The notes beneath the pieces are model-generated. The model worked only from the letters and a program-made list of their open reading frames with translations. It had not been told where the DNA came from and made no database searches. From a virus (Duplodnaviria; Caudoviricetes): a stretch of 64,000 nt of DNA. The stretch is taken from positions 54,860 to 118,859 of IMG/VR virus record IMGVR_UViG_3300032038_000022; one strand, given 5' to 3'. The position numbers and the translations under genes were made by a program. The stretch's first letter is position 1; the number at the start of each line of letters is the position of its first letter. Positions 49,766-59,600 of the stretch are shown one piece after another.

Positions 49766-50302
49766 CTAATCTTTACGTGCCTGTGTGAGAACATCTTTAA
49801 GGTCTTTCTTAGACGTACGACGAGCGTTTTGAGCTATCTTATTTCCAAGGTAAAACGCACCTCCACCAACAGCTACTGTAGTTCCTATTCTCTTTAACCC
49901 GGACCCAACTATAGCTCGTTTTATTGCCCTATTCTTACTGGAGATTTCTTTAATTGCTTTCTCGTGCTTGGCGATTTTGTCAGTAAATCTCTTTCTATCC
50001 TTCTGTAGCTGTTTATCAAACCAATTACCGCTACCTTCATGACCAAAATGATCCTTCTTAAAGAATTTTGAACTCTCTATACTGTCTTTATGATCAGCTA
50101 TTTGCGCTAGAGCCTCATGACCCTTCTTTGAGTCTACTGCGGCACCTAATAATATGGCTCCAGTACCAGCCCCAACTGCACGCTTGGACCACTTATTGAT
50201 ACCTTTCTCATAGTAAGGATCATTTGGAGCATTCTTATCGATATCTCCGTATGCCTCATACTTGTTCTCTTTAGAGAACTCCTTACTTCTTAATACTATC
50301 AT
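49766..50302 (-). CDS. Leader-family protein (MIVLRSKEFS), basic, with two glycine-rich hydrophobic segments
   Basis: AVGAGTGAILLGAAV and IGTTVAVGGGAFYLG. Confidence 0.7.
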   Translation of the reverse strand: MIVLRSKEFSKENKYEAYGDIDKNAPNDPYYEKGINKWSKRAVGAGTGAILLGAAVDSKKGHEALAQIADHKDSIESSKFFKKDHFGHEGSGNWFDKQLQKDRKRFTDKIAKHEKAIKEISSKNRAIKRAIVGSGLKRIGTTVAVGGGAFYLGNKIAQNARRTSKKDLKDVLTQARKD

Positions 50303-50421
50303 CGTCTTTCCTTTTTATTGATTATTATTTACCAAGAATAATTAATATTACTCTAAGTAATACAGAATATAATCTTTCTTTCGTATCACTCTCATTAAAA
50401 ATCTTCTAGAAGTTCATTTAT

Positions 50422-50985
50422 TTAGATTCTACAAAGACTAATGTATTTAGGACTTATATCCTCTTTAATACAAACACAATTTTCAGGAGAACCCCAATCT
50501 AAAGGTGTAGAAACTTTCATAATATCTTCCGTACTGATCATTCCGAATTTACTTGGGTGTGCTTTTCTTAATGACTCTGCTTTAGTTTCATTCCAATTTG
50601 ACACCTTTTGAGCAACCCACCATTCTGGATCTCCTTCAATTTTCTCCATTCTATTGTAAACATCAGTAGGAATTTTTATTGTTACTAGAGCATATCTTCC
50701 ACCAGGTCTTATTGGCTTCACTAATTTATTTTTATCTTTGACTAAATAGATTAATCCAGTATCTTTTATTCCAAGATACTTATTCTCCTCACGAGTTTTA
50801 AAATATTTAGTCTTCAAGCCTTCTTTTCTTATACTAGGCAGATTTTCAACTTTAGTAACATGATATAAAGTCACAAACCCTAACTTAGAAGGAATTTTAT
50901 GCGTTTTATTTCCCTTACCTTTTTCTAGTGGGGTCTTCTCTGGAAAATTTTCCTTAAATGTTTTTGTTTTTCTAAGTACTATCAT
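50422..50985 (-). CDS. Leader-family protein (MIVLRKTKTF) with ADP-ribosyltransferase/Tpt1-like NAD-binding fold
   Basis: TLYHVT..NLPSIRKEGL, GLIYL, LVTIKIP and EDISPKYI motifs. Confidence 0.65.
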   Translation of the reverse strand: MIVLRKTKTFKENFPEKTPLEKGKGNKTHKIPSKLGFVTLYHVTKVENLPSIRKEGLKTKYFKTREENKYLGIKDTGLIYLVKDKNKLVKPIRPGGRYALVTIKIPTDVYNRMEKIEGDPEWWVAQKVSNWNETKAESLRKAHPSKFGMISTEDIMKVSTPLDWGSPENCVCIKEDISPKYISLCRI

Positions 50986-51145
50986 CGTTTTTTTTTATAT
51001 TTATTGTGTTTCTAAGCTGATACTGCAAGGATCGGAGCACCTATTGTTCCCGTAATCTCCAACTCTTAACCATTTTTACAGCCCTAGTAAATCTATTTGA
51101 AACTTTTTAGCATGTTTGACATCCTTCTTTCAATTTACCTATTCT

Positions 51146-51472
51146 TCAACATAGGTATTTTATCCAGTTGTAATGTTTTCTAATTGTTAAGTACTTGGGA
51201 TTCTTTTCCCCTTCATAAGCTTCCTGCTCGAAACTAATTGCCCTATAGGATTTCTTCCACTTAAATCCAGAAATAATCCACCTAATTAAGAATTCTAGGA
51301 TATACCAAAGATAAAAACCGATAATCAGAGTTTCTTTTTCTTGTTCCCAGTGGATAGTTTCATGAAGAATATCATTCTCCTTCAGTATTTTCCCACGTTT
51401 CGCTAGAATCCAGGGACCTATCGTCATCGCTTTGTATCCTTTCGGTACTAGGTTCGTTTGAATTATCTTCAT
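51146..51472 (-). CDS. Small membrane-associated zincin-like (HExxH) protein
   Basis: ILHETIHWEQ, a hydrophobic helix, and ISFEQEAY. Confidence 0.65.
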   Translation of the reverse strand: MKIIQTNLVPKGYKAMTIGPWILAKRGKILKENDILHETIHWEQEKETLIIGFYLWYILEFLIRWIISGFKWKKSYRAISFEQEAYEGEKNPKYLTIRKHYNWIKYLC

Positions 51473-51554
51473 TTTCTTTATTTTTAAACTTTAGTGGTCT
51501 TCCCTTTACATCCGGCTCTCTAAACTTCAATTCTTTATTTCGAAGTATTATCAT
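51372..51554 (-). pseudogene. Possible remnant of a leader-family gene (MIILRNKEL)
   Basis: Leader is intact, but after ~27 codons the ORF runs out of frame into 51146..51472. Confidence 0.35.
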
Positions 51555-51574
51555 TTCTCTTAGTTATTTTTCTA

Positions 51575-52138
51575 TTAATTAATCCAAAATGCTTTCTTAA
51601 TTTTTTGAGCTAATTTAAGCACTTCATCTTTTTCCATAGTTAAAAACTCATCCTCTTCCTCTATCTGCCACTTAATATCGTCTTTAATATAATCCCGCAA
51701 AGTTTTTATGTACGGCTCTTCATCAACAAACTCATAATCATCACTTCCTATAGTTACGAATTTATTCTCGGTTATATTAAAACATAGTAACCAATAACCT
51801 TTAATATCCCACATAAGAGGATAAATTAATGTTGATTTGGGATATCCATCTGCGGCCATTGAAGGAACTATAATCTCACGATGAACATGCTCTACATATT
51901 TAGGATCTATACATGGCATAAAAGGAGTTACATCAGACACAACTTCTTTTCCTAGTTGCTTCAATAAAGATTGAACATCTGGCTTTTTCCACACTCTTTC
52001 AACTCCTTTTAGGCTTTGTTGCATATTAGTGGGAAGATCAGATATAGAAGGACATGTGTAGTCTGGAGTTTTTACTACAGATGATTTTTTCTTGCTAAAA
52101 TTAAACCAAGAAAAGTTTTTATTTCTTAGTATTATCAT
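51575..52138 (-). CDS. Leader-family protein (MIILRNKNFS), possible SMI1/KNR4 (SUKH)-like C-terminus
   Basis: IYPLMWDIKGYWLLCFNITENKFVTIGSDD...KTLRDYI resembles the SUKH core. Confidence 0.55.
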   Translation of the reverse strand: MIILRNKNFSWFNFSKKKSSVVKTPDYTCPSISDLPTNMQQSLKGVERVWKKPDVQSLLKQLGKEVVSDVTPFMPCIDPKYVEHVHREIIVPSMAADGYPKSTLIYPLMWDIKGYWLLCFNITENKFVTIGSDDYEFVDEEPYIKTLRDYIKDDIKWQIEEEDEFLTMEKDEVLKLAQKIKKAFWIN

Positions 52139-52139
52139 A

Positions 52140-52466
52140 CTATTTTCTCCAGGATTTATATTCTATAACATCTTTTATAGCCCCTAATCTTGGATTATTA
52201 TACTTAAACTCCATCTTCTTAGCCTCCCGGTGTCGTAGTTTAAGTAGATCTTTTTCAGCCTTGTCAGGATTTTGACCTTTGTATTGTGCCCATGCCCGAT
52301 TTCTATTTCTAACATCCTCTGGAAGCGTTTTAGATTTCATAGGATTGATTATATACTTATAAGATATCTCTTTTTCCCTAGGATCACGATACTCTTTTAA
52401 ACTACCATTATACTGATCCTTTATTCTCTGTATAGCTCCAAAATTTTTATTCCTTAATACTATCAT
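52140..52466 (-). CDS. Leader-family small basic protein (MIVLRNKNFG)
   Basis: 108 aa, Lys/Arg-rich. Confidence 0.65.
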   Translation of the reverse strand: MIVLRNKNFGAIQRIKDQYNGSLKEYRDPREKEISYKYIINPMKSKTLPEDVRNRNRAWAQYKGQNPDKAEKDLLKLRHREAKKMEFKYNNPRLGAIKDVIEYKSWRK

Positions 52467-52473
52467 AGTGTAT

Positions 52474-52860
52474 CTACATTATAGGATGTCCCATAGTTGC
52501 AATAGCATGAGAGTTGACGGCATCACGATGCATTTGATCGTGCATTGCTAAATTATTGTACATCATTGAATTATCGTGTGTCGCTAACCTATTGTGCTTC
52601 ATTACACTATGGTCAGCTAAGCGGCGAAGAAATCGTAATCTTTTTGGTTTTTTACTATCATCGTCTGAATATTTCTTTTCCTCCGGATGATACTTTTTCC
52701 AAATTTCTTCTGTAAGTTCCTTCATTTCTCCATTTTCATCTATGTAAGCCGGAATACATACTCGTTCTCCGTTTTTATTTCTACCATCGATATGAAGACC
52801 TGGTTTGAAAACAGGCCCTTTCTTACTTTCAGAGAAGTTTTTATTTCTTAGTATTATCAT
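52474..52860 (-). CDS. Leader-family protein (MIILRNKNFS) with His/Met-rich C-terminus
   Basis: Start reset to ATG 52860, which gives the leader; internal KKYS motif. Confidence 0.65.
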   Translation of the reverse strand: MIILRNKNFSESKKGPVFKPGLHIDGRNKNGERVCIPAYIDENGEMKELTEEIWKKYHPEEKKYSDDDSKKPKRLRFLRRLADHSVMKHNRLATHDNSMMYNNLAMHDQMHRDAVNSHAIATMGHPIM

Positions 52861-53230
52861 AATCTTTCTTTTTCTTAAGATAGGATAGTGCACCGAGAGT
52901 AACTCCTGCACCAATACCAACTCTCTTTCCTAATTTCATAGCCTTCATCGTTCTAGGACTTGTAATAGAGCGTTTTATCAACTCTTGTCTAAAAGCTTTA
53001 GGATTAGAATTAATACCTTGTAATGTTTTAGCTGCTTGTTCATCACCAGCTTTTATTTTATTTGGAAGATCAGCTATTCTTTTACCGACTTCTCGGGTTT
53101 GATTATTAGCACTAATACCACCAGCAGTCAGTGAACCTGCTTTTCCACCGAGATAACCTAAAGCGGCAGTATTAATTGCATGTTTAGCTTTACTAGGTTC
53201 TTCGGTCTTTTTCTTCCTCTTTACTATCAT
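52841..53230 (-). CDS. Leader-like (MIVKRKKK) basic glycine-zipper protein
   Basis: Start reset to ATG 53230; AALGYLGGKAGSLTAGG and VGIGAGVTLGALSYL. Confidence 0.6.
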   Translation of the reverse strand: MIVKRKKKTEEPSKAKHAINTAALGYLGGKAGSLTAGGISANNQTREVGKRIADLPNKIKAGDEQAAKTLQGINSNPKAFRQELIKRSITSPRTMKAMKLGKRVGIGAGVTLGALSYLKKKKDYDNTKK

Positions 53231-53231
53231 T

Positions 53232-53642
53232 TTATACACAAAGGCTAAATAAGTATGAATATTTTTGTATATTTTGGATAAATGTTTCGCACTCACTAGT
53301 TATCCCTTTGAATTCAACGCCTTCAGGAATAGATTCATAAAATTGTTTTGTTCTTTCCTCTACTTCATTAATTAGGGAGATAGCGTCAGATGCATTACAC
53401 GGAATTCCGTTGATTTCATTTGGTCCCATTTGTCCAAGGATTCCCATATACCCTTCTGCAAGACCATCTTCATACTCATCTATTATTTCCAGAAATTCAT
53501 CAAGGCGGGTATGTATATTATTTTTAGGAGCAGACCAATGAAGATTTTTAGTTCTTGTTTTAAATCCCTCTAATGAGCAGAGAAATTCAATAAAGACCTG
53601 TTTATCTACATCACTGTATATCTTTTGTTTAAATGTTATCAT
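53232..53642 (-). CDS. Dps/ferritin-like protein with leader (MITFKQKIYS)
   Basis: KNLHW..., IHTRLDEF, EDGLAE ferroxidase-type pattern; start reset to ATG 53642, downstream of the terminator. Confidence 0.75.
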   Translation of the reverse strand: MITFKQKIYSDVDKQVFIEFLCSLEGFKTRTKNLHWSAPKNNIHTRLDEFLEIIDEYEDGLAEGYMGILGQMGPNEINGIPCNASDAISLINEVEERTKQFYESIPEGVEFKGITSECETFIQNIQKYSYLFSLCV

Positions 53643-53655
53643 ACCAAAATTTATT

Positions 53656-53688
53656 AAAAAGAGGGACAAGCTATTACACTCATCCCCC
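53656..53688 (-). terminator. Intrinsic terminator after the tail tube gene
   Basis: Minus strand GGGGGATGAGT-GTAATA-GCTTGTCCCTC followed by TTTTT. Confidence 0.7.
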
Positions 53689-53696
53689 TAGGTTTA

Positions 53697-54290
53697 TTAA
53701 ATATTATTATGTTCTCTGTTATAGTGCTCAAATGTGAGGGTCAGAGATATATCTGCACGATCACTTTCACTATCGAGATCACCGTTTTCATTCAGCGGAG
53801 CGTCTTGGAATTGACAGTTATAGAAAGTAAGTGTCTTTACATCAATACGCTGAGCATTAGTAATAATCAGCTGAAGGTCGGCTACGAGGTCATCCTTACG
53901 GAAGCTGTAACGGGTCTCAGGATCAGCAATCTTATTACGCCAGTCAGTTACAAAATACGTAATAGAAGCATCCTCACGATCAACGAAGTTAAGGGTAATA
54001 GTTCCACTTGTACTTTGATTAGTACGTTGTTCAATACGCCATCCACCACGCATTTGTTTTGTAATACCGGTTGCTGAATAATCAATACCTACCTGAACAC
54101 TATTAAGACGAGCATTAATGATATCATCACCAGGATAGTAAACAATCTTAGGTGCATTGATAACCTTTAACTCATACATATCACCACGAAGGAATTCTTT
54201 GTTATTATCCTTGTAAGTGTTCTGATAGTCAATAAATTGCATACGGCCACTATATTCACTTGACCGTACCAGGCTTGCTACTGTTGCCAT
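53697..54290 (-). CDS. Tail tube protein (T4 gp19-like)
   Basis: 197 aa after the sheath-like gene; GTITLNFVDRED, TLTFYNCQF and ISLTLTFEH are tube-fold patterns; followed by a terminator. Confidence 0.7.
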   Translation of the reverse strand: MATVASLVRSSEYSGRMQFIDYQNTYKDNNKEFLRGDMYELKVINAPKIVYYPGDDIINARLNSVQVGIDYSATGITKQMRGGWRIEQRTNQSTSGTITLNFVDREDASITYFVTDWRNKIADPETRYSFRKDDLVADLQLIITNAQRIDVKTLTFYNCQFQDAPLNENGDLDSESDRADISLTLTFEHYNREHNNI

Positions 54291-56599
54291 ATTCTTTTAT
54301 TTACGTTTAAAGTTATGTCTAGAGTCATATGATTTTTGACTAAGTCGCTAATTTCTGTCTCTAGTGTTAATTCTATTTTGTTATTATAAAAGTTTGCCTC
54401 ATAGTTTGTAATTATAAGTTTTCTAATTACAGAGAAGTTTAGCTTAACTTTATTAATAACATTTTCTATTTTTTCTTGAATTTTACCAGTCATATGCTCT
54501 CCTAAGAAAAGCCATTTCTTTTTCTCTAATTCTCTAGCAACTTTTCCCAATACAAATCTCATAATACCGCTTGTTTCATACTTAGGACCATCTTGATAGG
54601 ATTTATAGAAGTACATTTGACCATTTTCAATTAAGTAGTTGGATTTTGATGCTTCTAAGTTTTCTACAAGGTTAGTATTTTCATAGGGATTATTTATAAC
54701 AATACCATCAGTTGTTTTATTTACTGCTGGGTTGGGCGGTTGATATAATACAACGTCTGTAGTAAGGGAGTATATATCACCAAGTATTGCTAATAGGTAG
54801 AGATAATATCCAGGTCTATAGTTACCATCACTGAGTATAAAGTTATTATAGAAGTATATAAGAAAGTTCTTTTTATCCTTGATATAGTTATAGGAAAAGT
54901 TAGTTTTAGTATTTTCTATTAGTATTTGACAATTTTTATCAATTGCATAATTTAATAGAGTTGTGTAAATACTATTATAATCTAATCCCTTTAAATATAC
55001 TTCTGGATTAGGAACTAGGAAATAGTCAAATAATATTGTAGAGTTGAATAATAATTCTGTTGATTTCCAATATGAATTTCTGGTAGTTGATTCGATATTA
55101 CTTCGTTTCATTACCCAAGATCCTTCTGGCAGAATATCATCAATAGTATAATATTTGATTTCTCCATTTTCATCCTTATATGTTTCTTTTACTTTACAAT
55201 ATACCAGGTTGCTTTCCTTAGAAATTATATAGTCTATTCTTTCTTCACCATTCTCAAATAAAGATCCTTCAAAGTATTCAGAGTAATCATATCTACTAAT
55301 AATAAATTGATAATAGTCGTCTCCTAATGAATTAATTTGAATACTAATATCTCCCTTTATTCCAGAATTACCAATTGTTTTACTCCAGAATTCAATTCTA
55401 GAACTACCTAATGTTATTTCTGATAATATGTTGTGTGTTTCTTCGAAATTAGGTTCTAGGATTAAACCTGGAATATTGTAGAAATAAGTTACCGGACAAG
55501 CAAAAGACGCCTTCATTAAACCATTTTCTAGAGTATAGCCAAGTTCTTTAAGTACTCTTTCGAATGATTCCCTGCTAGTGTACTGTCTTTGTTCGTCATA
55601 GTATTTATTCTTTCCTGATGAGTCAGGTAATAGGTCTGGTTCTTTTATATCACCTATAGTATTGGCAATAATAATTCTTTTTCCTTCTTTGTTTAGGAGA
55701 ATTATATAAGAACCTTTCTGAAAAAAGTCAGCATTGTCGAAGTTATAATTAAAAACTAACGTTTGGTAACCTTCATTAATTTTTTCCAAGTCAAGATTTG
55801 TAGTATCAATTACTTTAGAACTATACTCCCAATCTATTCTTGCAGTATCACCAACTTTAGGGTTTACTACTACTTCTTCAAGCTCTTTTAGACTATGCGC
55901 TGTATAATTTGGATTTTCAATAACTACGTCTGGTAATAAATTCCAAGTTCCTCTATTATAGTTGTAATAAAGTGTATAATTTTTTTCTTCAAATTGTTCT
56001 CCAAATTTTGGATAACAGTAGGAAATATCTGAATCGACCTTACAGATTCTAAGAACATCACGATTACTTAGGGATGCTGAGTTAACACCAGTATTTTGTG
56101 TTAGATCTTCTACATCTATATAATCATGACAGTCCTCTAACCATATAAGAAGGTCATATCTCAGAGAATTTAATCCTACTTCATATTTTCCATCATCATG
56201 AATAACTTTATATAATATTCCATTATCTCCTTCTTCAGGTAAACCAACAAAACTAAATTCTCCAATTACTTCCCCTATTATTTGTGAGTTATCCTCTATA
56301 TAATAGATTCCTTTTTCATTTACGTAAGTTGAGTAATCTATATAATCGGTTTGATATTTATTTGGTTCATCTGAAACAGGTTTGTAAAGAAATAGTGTTA
56401 CTCCAGACTCTAAGAGTTCATCAAAATAGTCCCTATCTTTAAAATTCCTACCAAACCATATATCAAGTTCATCTTTTGTATGTACTAAGATTGGTTTCTC
56501 ATAGGACATAGAGACATCAGGTACTTCTGCAAATATCATGAAATCATCATAATCCGGAGAAGTATAATTAATTTTTGTTTTTCCTAATCTTACATACAT
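54278..56599 (-). CDS. Tail sheath-like protein
   Basis: N-terminal KPILVHTKDELDIWFG and C-terminal RFVLGKVARELE..WLFLGE..NKIELTLE patterns; directly upstream of the tube. Confidence 0.6.
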   Translation of the reverse strand: MYVRLGKTKINYTSPDYDDFMIFAEVPDVSMSYEKPILVHTKDELDIWFGRNFKDRDYFDELLESGVTLFLYKPVSDEPNKYQTDYIDYSTYVNEKGIYYIEDNSQIIGEVIGEFSFVGLPEEGDNGILYKVIHDDGKYEVGLNSLRYDLLIWLEDCHDYIDVEDLTQNTGVNSASLSNRDVLRICKVDSDISYCYPKFGEQFEEKNYTLYYNYNRGTWNLLPDVVIENPNYTAHSLKELEEVVVNPKVGDTARIDWEYSSKVIDTTNLDLEKINEGYQTLVFNYNFDNADFFQKGSYIILLNKEGKRIIIANTIGDIKEPDLLPDSSGKNKYYDEQRQYTSRESFERVLKELGYTLENGLMKASFACPVTYFYNIPGLILEPNFEETHNILSEITLGSSRIEFWSKTIGNSGIKGDISIQINSLGDDYYQFIISRYDYSEYFEGSLFENGEERIDYIISKESNLVYCKVKETYKDENGEIKYYTIDDILPEGSWVMKRSNIESTTRNSYWKSTELLFNSTILFDYFLVPNPEVYLKGLDYNSIYTTLLNYAIDKNCQILIENTKTNFSYNYIKDKKNFLIYFYNNFILSDGNYRPGYYLYLLAILGDIYSLTTDVVLYQPPNPAVNKTTDGIVINNPYENTNLVENLEASKSNYLIENGQMYFYKSYQDGPKYETSGIMRFVLGKVARELEKKKWLFLGEHMTGKIQEKIENVINKVKLNFSVIRKLIITNYEANFYNNKIELTLETEISDLVKNHMTLDITLNVNKRIWQQ

Positions 56600-56600
56600 A

Positions 56601-59600
56601 TTATAATCCGACGACTTTTAATACAGGTGATAATGCAGTTGAAACTACACTAGTTGCCAATTTTACTTTGTCCTTCTTTTTATCTTTTTTTAGCTGAGCT
56701 TTTCTTTTTTTATTCGCTGCAGAGTATGAACTGGTAGTATTAAGTTCTGTAGTGGGGTTCTCACCTACAATACTAAAGACTAGGTTTAAATCACTACCGC
56801 CGGAATCAATATCACCAGTTCTCTCTTCTACAAAATCTCTAAGTACAACTAGAAGATCATATTTAGAAATAGTACTGAGTTGTGGAGTAAGACTATAAAT
56901 TATACATCTGAAAGTTACATTTTTGTATAATGCAGGACAAACATAAGATTTATCAATTGCCGTAATACCTGCTGGATCTGGATACTTCGTTTGAGGAATA
57001 TCACTAAATAATACTAATGAAGAACCTATGCCAAACCCTATTGATTCTTTACTATAGTAGTCTATCTTATGAGGTTCACTGCTATATATAGCTGCATCGG
57101 AACATCTTTCAAAGTAAGTTCTCCAAGATTTATAAGCATCATCAGCAATGGTTAGTCTTAGTTCGTTTGTAAATTCCATGGAAATAGGGTATACAATTTC
57201 ACCATCAAACAAGTTAAGACTTTTAGTAGACATTTTACTCTTACTTAAGTCAAAACCTGTAAAAGGTATCCATTTATTATATCCAGTATTAACTCCATGA
57301 TGTGCTGCATTCCATATATTAATTTCAGCTAATGATGGAAGATATGAATACCCACCATTTTCCTTACCACAAAAAGGTTCTAGAATAATTTCCCAGTGGG
57401 TGTTATCGTCTAGAGTTATTAAATTTCCTCCAGGATTTTGTTTAGATGCAGTAAATTTAGTAGGTTCATTCATATAAGGACTACTTTTAATAGCAGTGCG
57501 TAGATCTTCAACTGATTGTATATCATTTGGCTTAACCCCTGCTAAATCCTGAAGAGTAGTAGTTATGCCCCATCCTTGCATATAATTCGATTTAAAATCG
57601 TATTCTTTTTTTGGATGCGCACCAAGTAATGCTTCACCCGCAGCGGCAGCTAATGCATTTCCCAGTTTTTTAAGTGAAAAACTATTACTTTTATTTTTGT
57701 CCTTACTATTTTTATCACCTCTTGAAGTGTTTGTTCTATTATTACCATATTCCCAACCCTTTTCATCTTTCCATTTTTCTGGTCTATTCATAGGAAGGGA
57801 TGTGTCTATTTGTTGTGCACCAAAAGTAGAAGCTACATTATTAATTACTGATTTGGTTAATTTACTTGCAGCTTTTTTAGCTAATTCTTTAGTTCCTCCA
57901 CCAGCAATTACATCTTGTAAGATTCCGACATCTTTTCCTGGGAGTCTATCTCTATTCGATTTTGTAGAAATCTCAAGAACTCTTCGTGCTGCAACAAGTG
58001 TCATTAAGGTTGTATCAAGTAGTATTTGTCTTACGCTACTTTTTCCATAGGGGTTAGGACCAAATACCCAAGTCCCAGATGAACTCTTTACTAATCCAGC
58101 TGCTTGTTCGGCTACATATCTCAGATATTTACTAGCATTAATACCATTAGTCCAGCTTACACAAAGTTTATACTCTGCCATTTGAACATTTCCTTGATCA
58201 CCCAGAATAGTTTTAAAAAGTTGTTGTTCAAATTCATCTGCGCGTGCCTTTGTAACCTCACCTCCACTTAAGTAGGCACTCATTAAAGACTTAACTTTAC
58301 TTGCCCAACCTTTATCAAGTGCTTTATTATCTGCAAAGCGTAATATATTATTGTAGTATTGCTCTAAGCTTTTATTTCTAGAGTTTAATATTGTTTTTAA
58401 GTTTTCAGCAGTATTTTTTTCATCTTCTTCTGCCTGAATAGCCAAGTCGTATAGTGAGTCCGAATCTGGATCAAATTGTCTATGTTCATCTCCTTCTTCC
58501 TCTACGTCTTCTCTAGACTTACTAAGAGAATCTTGAAATCCAGTATGTTTATAATCATCTCTTGTCGGATCATCTTCTTCATCTCTTTTGTGATTAGGTC
58601 CATAGTTTATTTTATCTACATCATTATCCTTAGCTTTTTCAGCAGATCTATATAATGTATCTGTTTCTGGATTAAACTGTTTGTGATCTATGGACTCATC
58701 ATCTTTACTAGCATTTTCAAGATTATCTGATAATTCTTTATTCCAGGCTAGGTTTTCATTATCTGATCCTTGTTCAGTATTATCACTAAAATTAAATTTA
58801 TCAGTCTCGTTTATTCCCAAGTTAGTATCATAAAGGGACCCATTTTCCAGTGTTTCAAACTGTGCATGATCAGCCTTTCCTTCACCATTCAGCTTAGTAG
58901 TATCATCTTTAGCAGTTTTTATATTCTCTTCATAGAGTTTATCCTTTTCAGGGTCAAACTGTGCATGGGTTCCATCAGAGGATAAATTTGTTTTAGACGT
59001 ATCATCAGATTCTACATCTTCTCTAGACTTACTAAGGGAATCTTGAAATCCAGTATGTTTATAATCATCACGGGTTTCATCATCCTCTTCATCTCTTTTA
59101 TAATTAGAGCCATAATTTATTTTATCTAGGTCGTCAGGTGTAATATTTTTTCTAATATCACTAAGAGAGTCTTGGTCTTCTGTAGTTAAGTCTAATCTTT
59201 CTTTACTTAAACCTTCATTCTTAAAATCAATATTAGTATCTACCTGCCCTTCAAAGTTGTAAATATCTGTTTCAGTAACTGCCAAAGCAATATCATAAAG
59301 AGAATCAGTGTCTGGATTGAACTGTGCATGATCAGCCTTTCCTTCACCATTCAGCTTAGTAGTGCTATCGGGTAAGATAGGTTTTAATTCATCTTCGAGA
59401 TCTACATCCTCTGTATTTAAATCTAACCTTTCTTTACTAAGTCCTTCTCCCCTAAAGTCAATATTAGTATCTTCTTCACCTTCAAAATTAAACTTATCTG
59501 TTACCTCTAGGTCTATAAGTTTATTACTGAGTGAGTCAATATCGTTTGGAGAAATATCAAGTAAGATATCGCTTAGATCAACGTCCTCTGTAGTTAAATC

